Source: an uncultured Candidatus Peribacteria bacterium (GTDB lineage: Bacteria; Patescibacteriota; Gracilibacteria; UBA4473). From it: a DNA stretch of 64,000 nt. A program made the position numbers and the translations under genes. The notes beneath the pieces were generated by a model. That model saw only the letters and a list, made by a program, of their open reading frames with translations, was not told the DNA's origin and made no database searches. The DNA is taken from positions 13,087 to 77,086 of the forward strand of contig CAYFOO010000001.1 of assembly GCA_964344775.1 (NCBI GenBank). The letters run 5' to 3'. How positions within the stretch are numbered: position 1 is the stretch's first letter; each line of letters opens with the position of its first letter. This document shows positions 24,552 through 35,327 of the stretch, in pieces.

Positions 24552-27500
24552 TTAATTCGCCAAAAACGCCCCCCGAAACTTCTGATACTCGGTATTCAGC
24601 TCCGCACAGTGATCCCCCGCCATCTCGATGTAGTCAAAACACTGCCTCGTCGGGACATTATGATTTCTCATAAATTGATCTCTCAAAAGCTCTACCGATC
24701 GCTGACTTTCCTCTCCACACCAAGCCCCTACCTCCTCGATGTAACTTTTTCGAAAATCAGCTCTCACCTCTGGACAATGTGCTTCTACAATCTCTTTTCC
24801 CATGAGAAATTTATCAAAAGAAATCCCCATTCCCATAGCCACGGCCAATTTTTTACGATCTTCATCAGACAAATACCGTTGGTTTTTTCGACCAAAATAC
24901 TCGTACTCCTCCAACTCAGAAAAAAGATCTTCCGCTTTTTGAAAATCAGCATTGGGAGAAACTTCCGACCAATTGTCCCACAACACTTTTAATTTAGTCT
25001 TCAAATCTGCCAAAAATAGTTTTAGATTTCGATCACTGCTACACTGTAATATCTGGCCACATTTATTTTCCAGGTTTTCTACCTCCTGAAGCAAAAGCCA
25101 GATCTTTTTTCGGATAGAGAGTTCTCCTCCACCTCTCCGTTCCTCTATTTCCATCCGATCATCGGCCGTGGCGAGAATGCGAAAAAAATATTTCGAAAGT
25201 TCTGTATCCGCCAGCTTGGCTTCCTGGATGATTTCGTATGCACGGATAAAAATTGTATTGACCGATTTGATCTGATCTTCCTGATACTGCACTTTTTCAG
25301 CCGTAGAAAGTGGAGCCACTTCTTTTTCTGGAATTTCTCGTGCTCGACCAAAAACTTGTACGACATAAAACTCCTTCTTTTTATTTTGGGCCAACCCAAT
25401 TCCCACCCGATTCCACTTCGCACTGAGGAGATTTTGTCGATGGGATGCAGAATTTTCTAGTCCGTTCAGAGCGAGCTCCAGAGTGGTCCCGTAGCCCAGA
25501 TTCTCCCCAAATTCGCCAAACATTTCTGCCATTTTGATCCGATCTTTGAAGCTCAACCCCTCCGGAGTGGTATGGGAAATAAATCCTTCATTAGCCATCC
25601 GCTGAGCATAGTGCTGAGCAAATTTGTCCAACTTTGAATCCTTCGCCAGGGGCGATTTCCGATATTTTTTTCGGAGCTGATTGATCCAGTTTCGGATTCC
25701 CGCCGTGGACTCTGAACGAATAAAAGTTTGTTCCCATTTTGCCACCGGTAACACAATATTTTTGTGAAAATACATCCCTCGGTTGAAAAGAATTTCGCCC
25801 TGGTCAGAAACAATCTCAAGTACATACGTGCCATACTTGTGTGGCTTGAGCGAGAAGAAAAATTTATCGCCGTTTTTTTTGATTGGGATCTGTTCTACCG
25901 TGCCTTCGGTAGAAATCAAAAATACATGATCCGGCAGGTTTATCCCACCCTCCAGGACTTTCCCATTCAGATGAACCATGTCCAAATCCTTGAGAAATCG
26001 AGGAAACTGGTGCACAGAAATCGTATCTTCTTCTTTGTCCGGAAACCCCGGAGTGAGAATGAAATTTTTGTACGATACCTGCTGCCAATTGGTGATTTGG
26101 GATTCTAGATTTCCATCCGATGAATCTGCTTGAAAAACATCAATCGCCAGTTTGCGATCCGGACGAAACTGATCAAAAAATTTATACGGAACAGAAATAT
26201 GATTGAGCCCGTATTCAAAAAGTAAAGCGGATTTATGATTTTGAGAAAAAACAATTTTTGTCAGTCGATCTTCTCCTGCTGCCCAGGAGAAAACTACTCG
26301 CGATTCCTCAGGAATCACGTTCACATCCAGATGGGAAACATAATGTGTTTCAGCCGAACGAAATTTTCTATCTCGAGTGAGTGCAGAAACTTTTATTTTC
26401 CCGACACGAGATCGTCGATCATCGTCAAAAACGATGCCCAGATGAAAATTTCCCGGTTCAAAAAAGATAATCGGCACAGAAAAATTTGCTCCAGAAACCG
26501 CACCTTTAAACTGCTCTTGTGCCTTTGTTTCCAAATTTTGAAGAAAAACGATTACTTTTTTTGCCCCAGGATTTTTTACTGTTCCCTCCACTTCAATTAC
26601 CCGTCCCACGATCACTTCACTCGGAACTCCCCGCCTCAGGGTCAGATTGGGAAAAAAATTCTCGGAGATGTAAGCGATAGTTCCTCTGGTAGGCCGGTTG
26701 GGAATAAGCTCTTTTTTTTTACGAGGAATGGGTTTTTTAGCTCGTTTTTTTACGAGTGCTTTTTTGATATCTTCTGTTGGTTCACCAGAACGAGTTCGTT
26801 TGCTGAGAAATTTATCCGCCAAAACATCCGGTACACTTTTTTCTTTGGCTTCTTCTGTCAGACTTGGACGGATCTGTTCTGGGATAGTTGGCTGTTCGTC
26901 CAGATTATCAGAATACACTTCGAAAACGACATCGATCACCCCTCGAGAAGAAGGGGCTAATCTTTCAAAGGCTTTTCGCGAAAGGTCCAAAATTCGATCC
27001 GAATGATACGGTCCACGATCATTTACTCGTACAATCACATAATCTTTGTCGTCATTACTCCACGCAGGATTCCAATTCCACACCTTCAGCTTGGTCCCAA
27101 AAGGAAGAATCCGGTGGGCCGCGGTCATGTCCATCGGATCATAAATCTCTCCATTGGCTGTAGGTCGCCCAGCAAATCCCTGATCGTAGAAACTCGCCGA
27201 TCCCATCCCCGAGTAGGTGTATTTGGACTCGAATCGATTGGTTGATAAAATATGAGCTCGATAAATGTACTCCGCGATGTCTCCTCGAGAGAGGGATTCG
27301 TACGGAGAGAGCTCCGGTTCATCCAGGATTCGAAATTCTTCTGCCGTATCGAAAAATGGAACAAACCAATCCTCAGATTCCGAATCTTCTGTGAAAGGTA
27401 CATCAAAACTCATCACCAGCATCTTGAGAAACTCCGCTCGAGAAACTTGTTTGCCGGGATGGAAGTTGCCATCCGTGAAGCCTTTTACAATTTTATGAGC

Positions 27501-27800
27501 AGCGGCCGTGTGCACATAGTCGGCGAACCAGTCGTTTTTTCGAATGTCGGGGAAAGATACATCAGATCTGGGGTTCACCGGAATATCTGCCGCCAGTAGC
27601 AACATTTTTAGTGCTTCTGCTCGATTTACTTTTTGCCGCGGACGGAAGTACATCTCTCCTTCTTCCTCATATCCGCTCACCACTTCTTTTTCGCTCAAGA
27701 AATCAATCGGATGAAAGTGTGGATGTGTGGTATCCACATCGACAAAACTTGCGAATGAAAAAGCTGGAAAAAAGAGGAATGTAAAAAATAGTCTTTTCAT
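24552..27800 (-). CDS. large secreted multidomain protein: SLH repeats + RlpA-like DPBB + CAP/SCP (YkwD-like) + Cys-containing C-terminal region
   Basis: Signal peptide and SLH repeats (GFTDGNFHPGKQVSRAEFLKML). DPBB block: SFYDQGFAGRPTANGEIYD...VIVRVNDRGPY...ILDLSRKAFERLA. CAP block: HTTPEGLSF...GENLGYG...SHRQNLLSAKWNRVGIG. Confidence 0.7.
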   Translation of the reverse strand: MKRLFFTFLFFPAFSFASFVDVDTTHPHFHPIDFLSEKEVVSGYEEEGEMYFRPRQKVNRAEALKMLLLAADIPVNPRSDVSFPDIRKNDWFADYVHTAAAHKIVKGFTDGNFHPGKQVSRAEFLKMLVMSFDVPFTEDSESEDWFVPFFDTAEEFRILDEPELSPYESLSRGDIAEYIYRAHILSTNRFESKYTYSGMGSASFYDQGFAGRPTANGEIYDPMDMTAAHRILPFGTKLKVWNWNPAWSNDDKDYVIVRVNDRGPYHSDRILDLSRKAFERLAPSSRGVIDVVFEVYSDNLDEQPTIPEQIRPSLTEEAKEKSVPDVLADKFLSKRTRSGEPTEDIKKALVKKRAKKPIPRKKKELIPNRPTRGTIAYISENFFPNLTLRRGVPSEVIVGRVIEVEGTVKNPGAKKVIVFLQNLETKAQEQFKGAVSGANFSVPIIFFEPGNFHLGIVFDDDRRSRVGKIKVSALTRDRKFRSAETHYVSHLDVNVIPEESRVVFSWAAGEDRLTKIVFSQNHKSALLFEYGLNHISVPYKFFDQFRPDRKLAIDVFQADSSDGNLESQITNWQQVSYKNFILTPGFPDKEEDTISVHQFPRFLKDLDMVHLNGKVLEGGINLPDHVFLISTEGTVEQIPIKKNGDKFFFSLKPHKYGTYVLEIVSDQGEILFNRGMYFHKNIVLPVAKWEQTFIRSESTAGIRNWINQLRKKYRKSPLAKDSKLDKFAQHYAQRMANEGFISHTTPEGLSFKDRIKMAEMFGEFGENLGYGTTLELALNGLENSASHRQNLLSAKWNRVGIGLAQNKKKEFYVVQVFGRAREIPEKEVAPLSTAEKVQYQEDQIKSVNTIFIRAYEIIQEAKLADTELSKYFFRILATADDRMEIEERRGGGELSIRKKIWLLLQEVENLENKCGQILQCSSDRNLKLFLADLKTKLKVLWDNWSEVSPNADFQKAEDLFSELEEYEYFGRKNQRYLSDEDRKKLAVAMGMGISFDKFLMGKEIVEAHCPEVRADFRKSYIEEVGAWCGEESQRSVELLRDQFMRNHNVPTRQCFDYIEMAGDHCAELNTEYQKFRGAFLAN

Positions 27801-27880
27801 GAACTTTCTCAGCTTAAATAAGTAAAAAAATTAAACAATGCTATTTTTGTCATTCCCCCCTCCCCGTTTCCTCTCTCCCC

Positions 27881-27910
27881 GTTAACCCACCAAATATTTG
27901 GTGGGTTAAC
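27881..27910. repeat. 30-nt perfect palindrome GTTAACCCACCAAATATTTGGTGGGTTAAC
   Basis: 15+15 perfect, in the divergent region between 24552..27800 and tilS. Confidence 0.9.
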
Positions 27911-27928
27911 CAGCCGTAGACTGGTAAG

Positions 27929-27956
27929 TTGTGCAAAAAGGTATATCTTGTAATCT
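27929..27956 (+). promoter_or_regulatory. candidate promoter TTGTGC-16-TAATCT for tilS
   Basis: Hexamers were counted directly. It lies just downstream of the 30-nt palindrome 27881..27910. Confidence 0.35.
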
Positions 27957-27964
27957 GTTAAATA

Positions 27965-28861
27965 ATGGAACTCGAAAAAATCGTCACTGATTTTCTAAAA
28001 AAAGAACACCTTACCGATAAAAAACTGCTCTGCATGGTTTCCGGTGGTGTGGACTCCGTCGTGCTGTTAAATATTTTGAATAAAATTTTTGATCAAAAAT
28101 CACTTGCCGTCTTTCATCTAGATCATTCCTCACGAAACAATTCTGACAAAGACTTTCAATTTGTACAAAATTTGTGCTCAAAATTTGGTACTAAATTTTA
28201 TGGGGAAAAATTGGATAAAATCCCTCAAAAAGACAAAGAAAATTTTTGGAGAACAGAACGAAAAAGATTGGCTAAAAAGGCCAAAAAAGACTTCGGAGCA
28301 GAAAGAATCCTCACGGCTCACCATGCCACCGATCTCGTAGAAACGATGCTTTTCAGGCTAACAAAAGGGTGCGGCATCGATGGCCTTTCCCCTTTTGAAA
28401 CCAGCACAAAACCTCTGTGGCAAGTCCCAAAATCAGAAATTGAAAAATATGCACGAGAAAACAAACTCAAATGGATCGAGGATCCCTCAAATGAAAATAC
28501 GGACTTCCAACGAAACCTCATCCGGAAAGAAGTACTCCCCCATCTGCGAAAAATCACCCCCAATCTCGAACAGGTTTTTGTCCGAGAAGCAGAAATTTTT
28601 GGAGAAATGGCGGATTTTTTGGATAAATCTGTTGAAACGGTAGGGACAAGTCGCGACTTGTCCCTACCAGATTTTTTAAATCTCCCAAAAATCCTCCAAA
28701 AAGAGTGGCTCCAAAAAATCGCCAAATCTACTCCTAGTGCTTCAGAGATCGAAGACTGTCTCCGTTGGCTCCACGGCAATCCTCCAGGCAAAAGCAAAAA
28801 AGAAATTGGAGGCACAAAACTTCAGATTGTGAATAATAAAATTCAAATTCTCCCCTGTTAA
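27965..28861 (+). CDS. tilS: tRNA(Ile)-lysidine synthase
   Basis: PP-loop CMVSGGVDS and TAHHATDLVET. Carries a 30-nt perfect palindrome in frame (28639..28668). Confidence 0.85.
   Translation: MELEKIVTDFLKKEHLTDKKLLCMVSGGVDSVVLLNILNKIFDQKSLAVFHLDHSSRNNSDKDFQFVQNLCSKFGTKFYGEKLDKIPQKDKENFWRTERKRLAKKAKKDFGAERILTAHHATDLVETMLFRLTKGCGIDGLSPFETSTKPLWQVPKSEIEKYARENKLKWIEDPSNENTDFQRNLIRKEVLPHLRKITPNLEQVFVREAEIFGEMADFLDKSVETVGTSRDLSLPDFLNLPKILQKEWLQKIAKSTPSASEIEDCLRWLHGNPPGKSKKEIGGTKLQIVNNKIQILPC
28639..28668. repeat. 30-nt perfect palindrome GGTAGGGACAAGTCGCGACTTGTCCCTACC inside tilS
   Basis: Translated as VGTSRDLSLP. A sibling lies at 58206..58233. Confidence 0.9.
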
Positions 28862-29026
28862 GGGGAGACTAAGAGGGGTTTTTCCGAAGGAAAATAATCT
28901 TTTGACACTTCAGACAACTTTATTAACTTACCCACACAGCTTTTTCGGCAGCGTTACTGCTCGACCGATGAACGCTACTGATCTTTATTGTTTTCGTTGT
29001 AACCCAAAAAGGGAGGGCTTAGCCCA

Positions 29027-30202
29027 ATGAACGCGATTGTTCCCGAAAAACCAAAGAAAGGTCCGGCATGTCCGGATTTTTCCTCCGGCCCCTGTGCGAA
29101 ACGTCCCGGATGGACTGTGAAGGTCCTCGAGAACGCACTTACCGGTCGATCCCACCGCTCCAAACCGGGCAAGGCCAAGCTGGCCGAAGCCATCGACCTG
29201 ACCCGGGAAGTCCTCGGCATTCCCGACGATTACCGTATCGGAATCGTCCCAGCATCGGATACCGGTGCGGTCGAAATGGCCCTGTGGTCTCTGCTCGGTG
29301 CCCGCGGCATCGACATGCTGGCCTGGGAGAGTTTCGGCAAGGGCTGGGTGACCGACGTGGCCAAACAGCTCAAGCTCGGCGTCAACATTCTAGACGCCGA
29401 TTACGGTAAGTTACCCGACCTCAAAATGGTGAACTTCGCCAACGACGTGGTGTTCACCTGGAACGGTACTACCTCGGGTGTCCGAGTTCCCAACGGCAAC
29501 TGGATCCCCGCCGACCGCCAGGGTCTCACCATCTGCGACGCCACTTCAGCCGCATTTGCTATGGACCTTCCTTGGAACCTACTAGACGTCACTACCTGGT
29601 CCTGGCAGAAGTGTCTGGGCGGCGAAGGAGCTCACGGCATGATTGTCTTGAGTCCTCGTGCGGTTAAGAGGCTCGAAACATTTACGCCTTCTAACCGTCC
29701 TCTGCCCAAGATCTTCCGTCTGACCAAGGGCGGTAATCTGATCGATGGCATCTTCCGGGGCGAAACTATCAACACGCCTTCCATGATCGCCGTGGAGGAC
29801 GCTCTGGATGGCCTGAAATGGGCACAGTCCATTGGCCTGCAAGGGCTTATCAACCGCTCCGAAGACAACCTTACCGTTGTCGACGAGTGGGTGGAAGTCA
29901 GCGATTGGGCGGCTTTCCTGGCGGAAGTTCCTGAAACCATCTCGAATACCTCGGTCTGTCTGCAGATCAAGGACGAGTGGTTCCTGGGGCTGAACGGCGA
30001 CCAACAGGCCGTCTTCGCCAAACGGATGGTGGCTCTGCTCGACGCAGAAGGTGTCGCCTTCGATATCGGTGCCTACCGGGACGCCCCGGCCGGACTCCGT
30101 ATCTGGTGCGGTCCCACCGTCGAAATCGACGATGTGATCGTGCTGATGCCCTGGCTCGATTGGGCCTTCGCCACCGCCAAGGCGGAATTCGAAACCGCCT
30201 GA
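29027..30202 (+). CDS. serC: phosphoserine aminotransferase (long, proteobacterial-type SerC)
   Basis: [51 protein letters not shown] and [15 protein letters not shown]-rich codon usage unlike all neighbours. AGGGAGGG lies before the ATG, and a stem-loop terminator follows the gene. Confidence 0.85.
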   Translation: MNAIVPEKPKKGPACPDFSSGPCAKRPGWTVKVLENALTGRSHRSKPGKAKLAEAIDLTREVLGIPDDYRIGIVPASDTGAVEMALWSLLGARGIDMLAWESFGKGWVTDVAKQLKLGVNILDADYGKLPDLKMVNFANDVVFTWNGTTSGVRVPNGNWIPADRQGLTICDATSAAFAMDLPWNLLDVTTWSWQKCLGGEGAHGMIVLSPRAVKRLETFTPSNRPLPKIFRLTKGGNLIDGIFRGETINTPSMIAVEDALDGLKWAQSIGLQGLINRSEDNLTVVDEWVEVSDWAAFLAEVPETISNTSVCLQIKDEWFLGLNGDQQAVFAKRMVALLDAEGVAFDIGAYRDAPAGLRIWCGPTVEIDDVIVLMPWLDWAFATAKAEFETA

Positions 30203-30269
30203 CGTCCCAACGAAATCAAGAAAATTCCGTGCTCCCGGAGACAATCTTCCTCCGGCAGCCAACTCTCAA

Positions 30270-30296
30270 GCGGTCCCTCCGGGACCGTTTTCCTTT
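30270..30296 (+). terminator. intrinsic terminator of serC
   Basis: CGGTCCC-TCC-GGGACCG followed by TTTTCCTTT. Like the gene, it is GC-rich. Confidence 0.7.
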
Positions 30297-30316
30297 ATTC
30301 CAAAAAACCCTTGTAT

Positions 30317-30383
30317 GTCATCCTGGCCTGCCCAGGATCCTGACAGTTGTGCACAAGCGACCAGATTCCGGGCAAGCCGGAAT
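30317..30383. repeat. pair of GC hairpins (ATCCTGG-CCTGC-CCAGGAT; ATTCCGG-GCAAG-CCGGAAT) of the GTCAYCC...GAATGAC type
   Basis: Stems were counted directly. They lie at the right edge of the serC island. Confidence 0.7.
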
Positions 30384-30400
30384 GACAAATTTTTCTACTA

Positions 30401-30435
30401 TTTGTTGTTCTTTGTTATTTGTTATTTGTTCTCTG
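30401..30435. repeat. heptamer array TTTGTTG TTCTTTG TTATTTG TTATTTG TTCTCTG
   Basis: Just downstream of the PBP2 stop. Confidence 0.75.
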
Positions 30436-30439
30436 ACAA

Positions 30440-32626
30440 TTACCGATCCGGCGGAATCCCAAAATGTGAAAACAAAAACTTCGCCACTCGACGAAAAGTA
30501 ATCGCCGCGGTCTCAGATCCCCACTGAGAATATCGCGGATGGTCGTATTTCACCAGCACGACAAATTTGGGCTCTTTGATCGGACCAAAACCAGCAAAAC
30601 TGGTGATTGTCGTCCCCTCACCAACCAGTGCCTTCCCTTTTTTATACGTCTGAGAGGTTCCTGTTTTTCCCATTACCGAATACCCCCACACCCGTGCTCC
30701 ACGAGCCACGCCGTTGTCCACGGAGTTCAAGAGCATGGATTTGATTGTCTGATACGTCTTATCAGAAATCACCCGACGCACTCGCTCAGGCTTGAATGTT
30801 TCGGCTTCGCCTCCTGGATAACGAATCTCTTCGACAATCATGGGTTTCATCAGGTATCCACCATTGGCCAGCGAGGTAAAAGCCATCGCCATCTGAAGTG
30901 GCGTAGCCGTAATCCCCTGCCCAAACCCGTAGGTGATCAACTCTGATTCAGCCCATTCACGCCAGGGTTTAATTTTTCCATCTTCTTCTCCGTCGAGCTC
31001 AATATCCGTGTACTGTGCAAAACCAAAGTTTTTGAAATAGTCATATAGCACCTGCCTTCCAATCTTTCGGGTAATGAATGCGATTCCAGTATTCAAAGAT
31101 CGGTTGATCACCTCGATCATAGTCGTCAGTCCAGCGTAAATTTGATCCGCGTTTCGGATTTTGAATTCATCTACCTCCACCGGTCCTGCGTCGTCAAATG
31201 TTGTCTGGGGCATCACCTCATCAGAATTCAAAGCGGCCGACATCGTAAAGGCCTTCATCACGGATCCTGGTTCGTAGGTATCGGAAACAATTTTGTTTCG
31301 AAATACAGCGGGTCCCCAGGAGTTGAAATATCGGTAGTATCGACCATTTTCTATGATGGTGGGGATTCGCTGATTGAAAAGCTCATCCTCCCGGTCAGCC
31401 TCTGCCTGCTCTGGCGATATTTCGTAGCGGAGGAAAGCTTTTCCAAATTCATTGGGATCAAAGGACGGGGCATGGGTCATGGCGAGCACTTTCCCGGTCT
31501 CTGGTTCAATCACGACGATCTGACCGAAGTCCGCACTGTAATTCATCAGATCCTCTTCGAGGATTTTTTCTACAGCATCTTGGATCACCCGATCGATGGT
31601 GAGGACGATATCGGCTCCATCCTGTGCATGAGCAATCCCCAGGCTTTTGCTCAGGATTCGTTGCCCTCGCGTATTGGTCGCTCCGAAAATATATCCCTCT
31701 TTTCCCTTGAGCAGATGATCAAAGTATCCCTCAATCCCATACTGCCCTCCTCCAGACGAATCCACAAACCCGAGAAGCTGGGCGGCCAGTGTTTTTTCTG
31801 GATAGTATCGCCAATATTCATCCGTCAGCTGGACCCCTCGAAGCATTTCTTTGTAGTTTGGATCTCGCTTCATTTCCATAATTTTTTCTGAAACTTCTGG
31901 CACAATCTTATGCGTAATTTCAAGGTATCGCCGTGGTTTCCGATCGATCCATTTGGAAATTTTTCTTTCTTCGATATTGAGGAGTGGAGCTAATTTCTCA
32001 GCTGTTTCTTCGAGAGCAATGATGCGAGTGGGATCTGCCAAAACAGCATTCTCTTCAACCCAGATACCCGGCAAATGCATCTCAGTTATTTTTTCGGCTC
32101 TTTCCTGGGAAATATCGGTCAGCAGTAAAACTCTTTTTCGCTCAATGGAAGAAATCTTTTTTCGCAGCTCCGCCGCATAAGCCATGATCGCCGCTCTCTC
32201 GGTAGTGGTCCAAGTGGATGGTTCGGTTTTTATGTCACATCCCTCAATCTTCTCACAATGAGCATTGATCAGAATCGGTGCCAAAATCTCCGCTACCACC
32301 CCCGGATCTGATTTTTCTTGCTGATTGAGTGGTAATTTGTGATTGTACTTCGGATAACTCAAAATCAAAGGATCCACAAAAAGCATCTTCAGGGTGTTGT
32401 TGGTGGCCACTGGAGTCACTTCCTCCGTCAGTCGATTTTTTCGGACCAGGATCTTTCCACGACGGGCCGGCAAAACGGATTTCTTCTCGTGCTGAGCCTT
32501 CGCTTCTGCATAAAACTCCTGATGCCGAATCACCTGCAGCTCAAAAAGCCGCAATCCAAATATCACAAAAAGGGCCAAAAAACACCATTTGAGGATTCGG
32601 ATGCGGGATTCAAAAGTTACGAGCAT
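30440..32626 (-). CDS. penicillin-binding protein 2 / FtsI-type peptidoglycan D,D-transpeptidase
   Basis: Start moved to MLVTFESRIRILKWCF (TM anchor). Transpeptidase motifs: GSVMKAF (SxxK), RSLNTG (SxN) and MGKTGTSQ (KTG). Confidence 0.85.
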   Translation of the reverse strand: MLVTFESRIRILKWCFLALFVIFGLRLFELQVIRHQEFYAEAKAQHEKKSVLPARRGKILVRKNRLTEEVTPVATNNTLKMLFVDPLILSYPKYNHKLPLNQQEKSDPGVVAEILAPILINAHCEKIEGCDIKTEPSTWTTTERAAIMAYAAELRKKISSIERKRVLLLTDISQERAEKITEMHLPGIWVEENAVLADPTRIIALEETAEKLAPLLNIEERKISKWIDRKPRRYLEITHKIVPEVSEKIMEMKRDPNYKEMLRGVQLTDEYWRYYPEKTLAAQLLGFVDSSGGGQYGIEGYFDHLLKGKEGYIFGATNTRGQRILSKSLGIAHAQDGADIVLTIDRVIQDAVEKILEEDLMNYSADFGQIVVIEPETGKVLAMTHAPSFDPNEFGKAFLRYEISPEQAEADREDELFNQRIPTIIENGRYYRYFNSWGPAVFRNKIVSDTYEPGSVMKAFTMSAALNSDEVMPQTTFDDAGPVEVDEFKIRNADQIYAGLTTMIEVINRSLNTGIAFITRKIGRQVLYDYFKNFGFAQYTDIELDGEEDGKIKPWREWAESELITYGFGQGITATPLQMAMAFTSLANGGYLMKPMIVEEIRYPGGEAETFKPERVRRVISDKTYQTIKSMLLNSVDNGVARGARVWGYSVMGKTGTSQTYKKGKALVGEGTTITSFAGFGPIKEPKFVVLVKYDHPRYSQWGSETAAITFRRVAKFLFSHFGIPPDR

Positions 32627-32785
32627 GTGAGAAAAATGAGCATAGCTGAAACAATAAATTTTTAAATATTGACTTTTTCGTGTTTTTTTATATTGTAAAT
32701 ACAAGTTCTTTCACGTTGGATTAGGAGTTCCAGAAAAGATTAGCTTCCAGAATGGAAGTTCCTAACCGCAGAAAATGGAGAAATT

Positions 32786-33130
32786 TTGATGAGACGAAGT
32801 ATCACAGCTCTACTTTTTTTTCTGGCTCTATGTGCCATCATCACAATTAAGCCAGCTCTCGCCGACATGTTCACCATGGAAGGTACAAGAAAAGAACAAA
32901 GCATCCCCGTAACAGCTGTCATCATTACAGTCCTCACTGAACCCGGCGAAAGAATTTTTGAAGTTGGGGGCGAAATGGCTTTCGGCAAAGAAAGCAATCC
33001 CGTCACTATCATGCCAGGCTTCGCCCTTTGTTTGGTTGGGCTAGCCGAAATGTGGGTCGGCTCTGTAGTCGCTGTTGTTGTCGGAGTCCCCATCGACGGA
33101 ATCACCTACCCTTTCCGCGATACTGACTAA
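32786..33130 (+). CDS. hypothetical secreted/membrane protein
   Basis: GGAGA lies 8 nt before the ATG. Signal peptide ...IKPALA, a C-terminal hydrophobic helix, and a strong terminator at 33140..33174. The antisense ORF 32740..33105 is rejected. Confidence 0.6.
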   Translation: MMRRSITALLFFLALCAIITIKPALADMFTMEGTRKEQSIPVTAVIITVLTEPGERIFEVGGEMAFGKESNPVTIMPGFALCLVGLAEMWVGSVVAVVVGVPIDGITYPFRDTD

Positions 33131-33139
33131 TTTCTCCTC

Positions 33140-33174
33140 CCCCCGGCCTTCGGCCGGGGGACACTTTTTCTTTT
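33140..33174 (+). terminator. intrinsic terminator of 32786..33130
   Basis: CCCCCGGCC-TTC-GGCCGGGGG followed by ACACTTTTTCTTTT. Confidence 0.7.
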
Positions 33175-33232
33175 ACAAAAAAAGACGCACCTCTCAGTAC
33201 GCCTTCTTTCTAATTTTTATCGTTCCCCCCCC

Positions 33233-33264
33233 GGCGAGGTTGGGAAACCTCGCCTACGTTTTTT
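33233..33264 (+). terminator. hairpin GGCGAGGTT-GGGA-AACCTCGCC plus T6 (second terminator-like element; member of a repeat pair)
   Basis: 9-bp stem, then TACGTTTTTT. The same 22-mer occurs inverted at 429..450. Confidence 0.5.
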
Positions 33265-33287
33265 AATAATCTAAGTTCTAAGCTCTA

Positions 33288-33320
33288 CCTGTCCGCCGAA
33301 GCTCGTAGAGCGAAGGGGGG
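33288..33320. repeat. CCTGTCCGCCGAAGCTCGTAGAGCGAAGGGGGG module
   Basis: Non-coding copy, downstream of dnaK, of the family that is translated in rpsE and in the NDP-sugar transferase. Confidence 0.65.
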
Positions 33321-33331
33321 AGTTCTACCAA

Positions 33332-35281
<1,950 letters not shown>

Positions 35282-35327
35282 TTAAAATTAGCACTCGGAT
35301 TATAGGAGTGCTAAAAAAGAAGTCAAA

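Larger units (their letters stand above)
28935..30300. other. GC-rich island carrying serC (candidate horizontal acquisition or assembly chimera)
   Basis: Abrupt by-eye change from AT-rich to strongly GC-rich sequence. Many long spurious ORFs appear on both strands only here. The boundaries are approximate. Confidence 0.7.

Noticed and set aside
29068-30501. Long ORFs on both strands overlapping serC (29068-29409, 29401-29592, 29582-30262, 29632-30021, 29977-30501)
   Set aside because: They occur only inside the GC-rich island, where stop codons are rare. They have Arg/Pro/Gly-rich junk composition and overlap a well-supported SerC frame.
32740-33105. 121-aa minus-strand ORF overlapping 32786-33130
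   Set aside because: The plus-strand frame has an SD, a signal peptide and a strong terminator. The minus frame has none of these.
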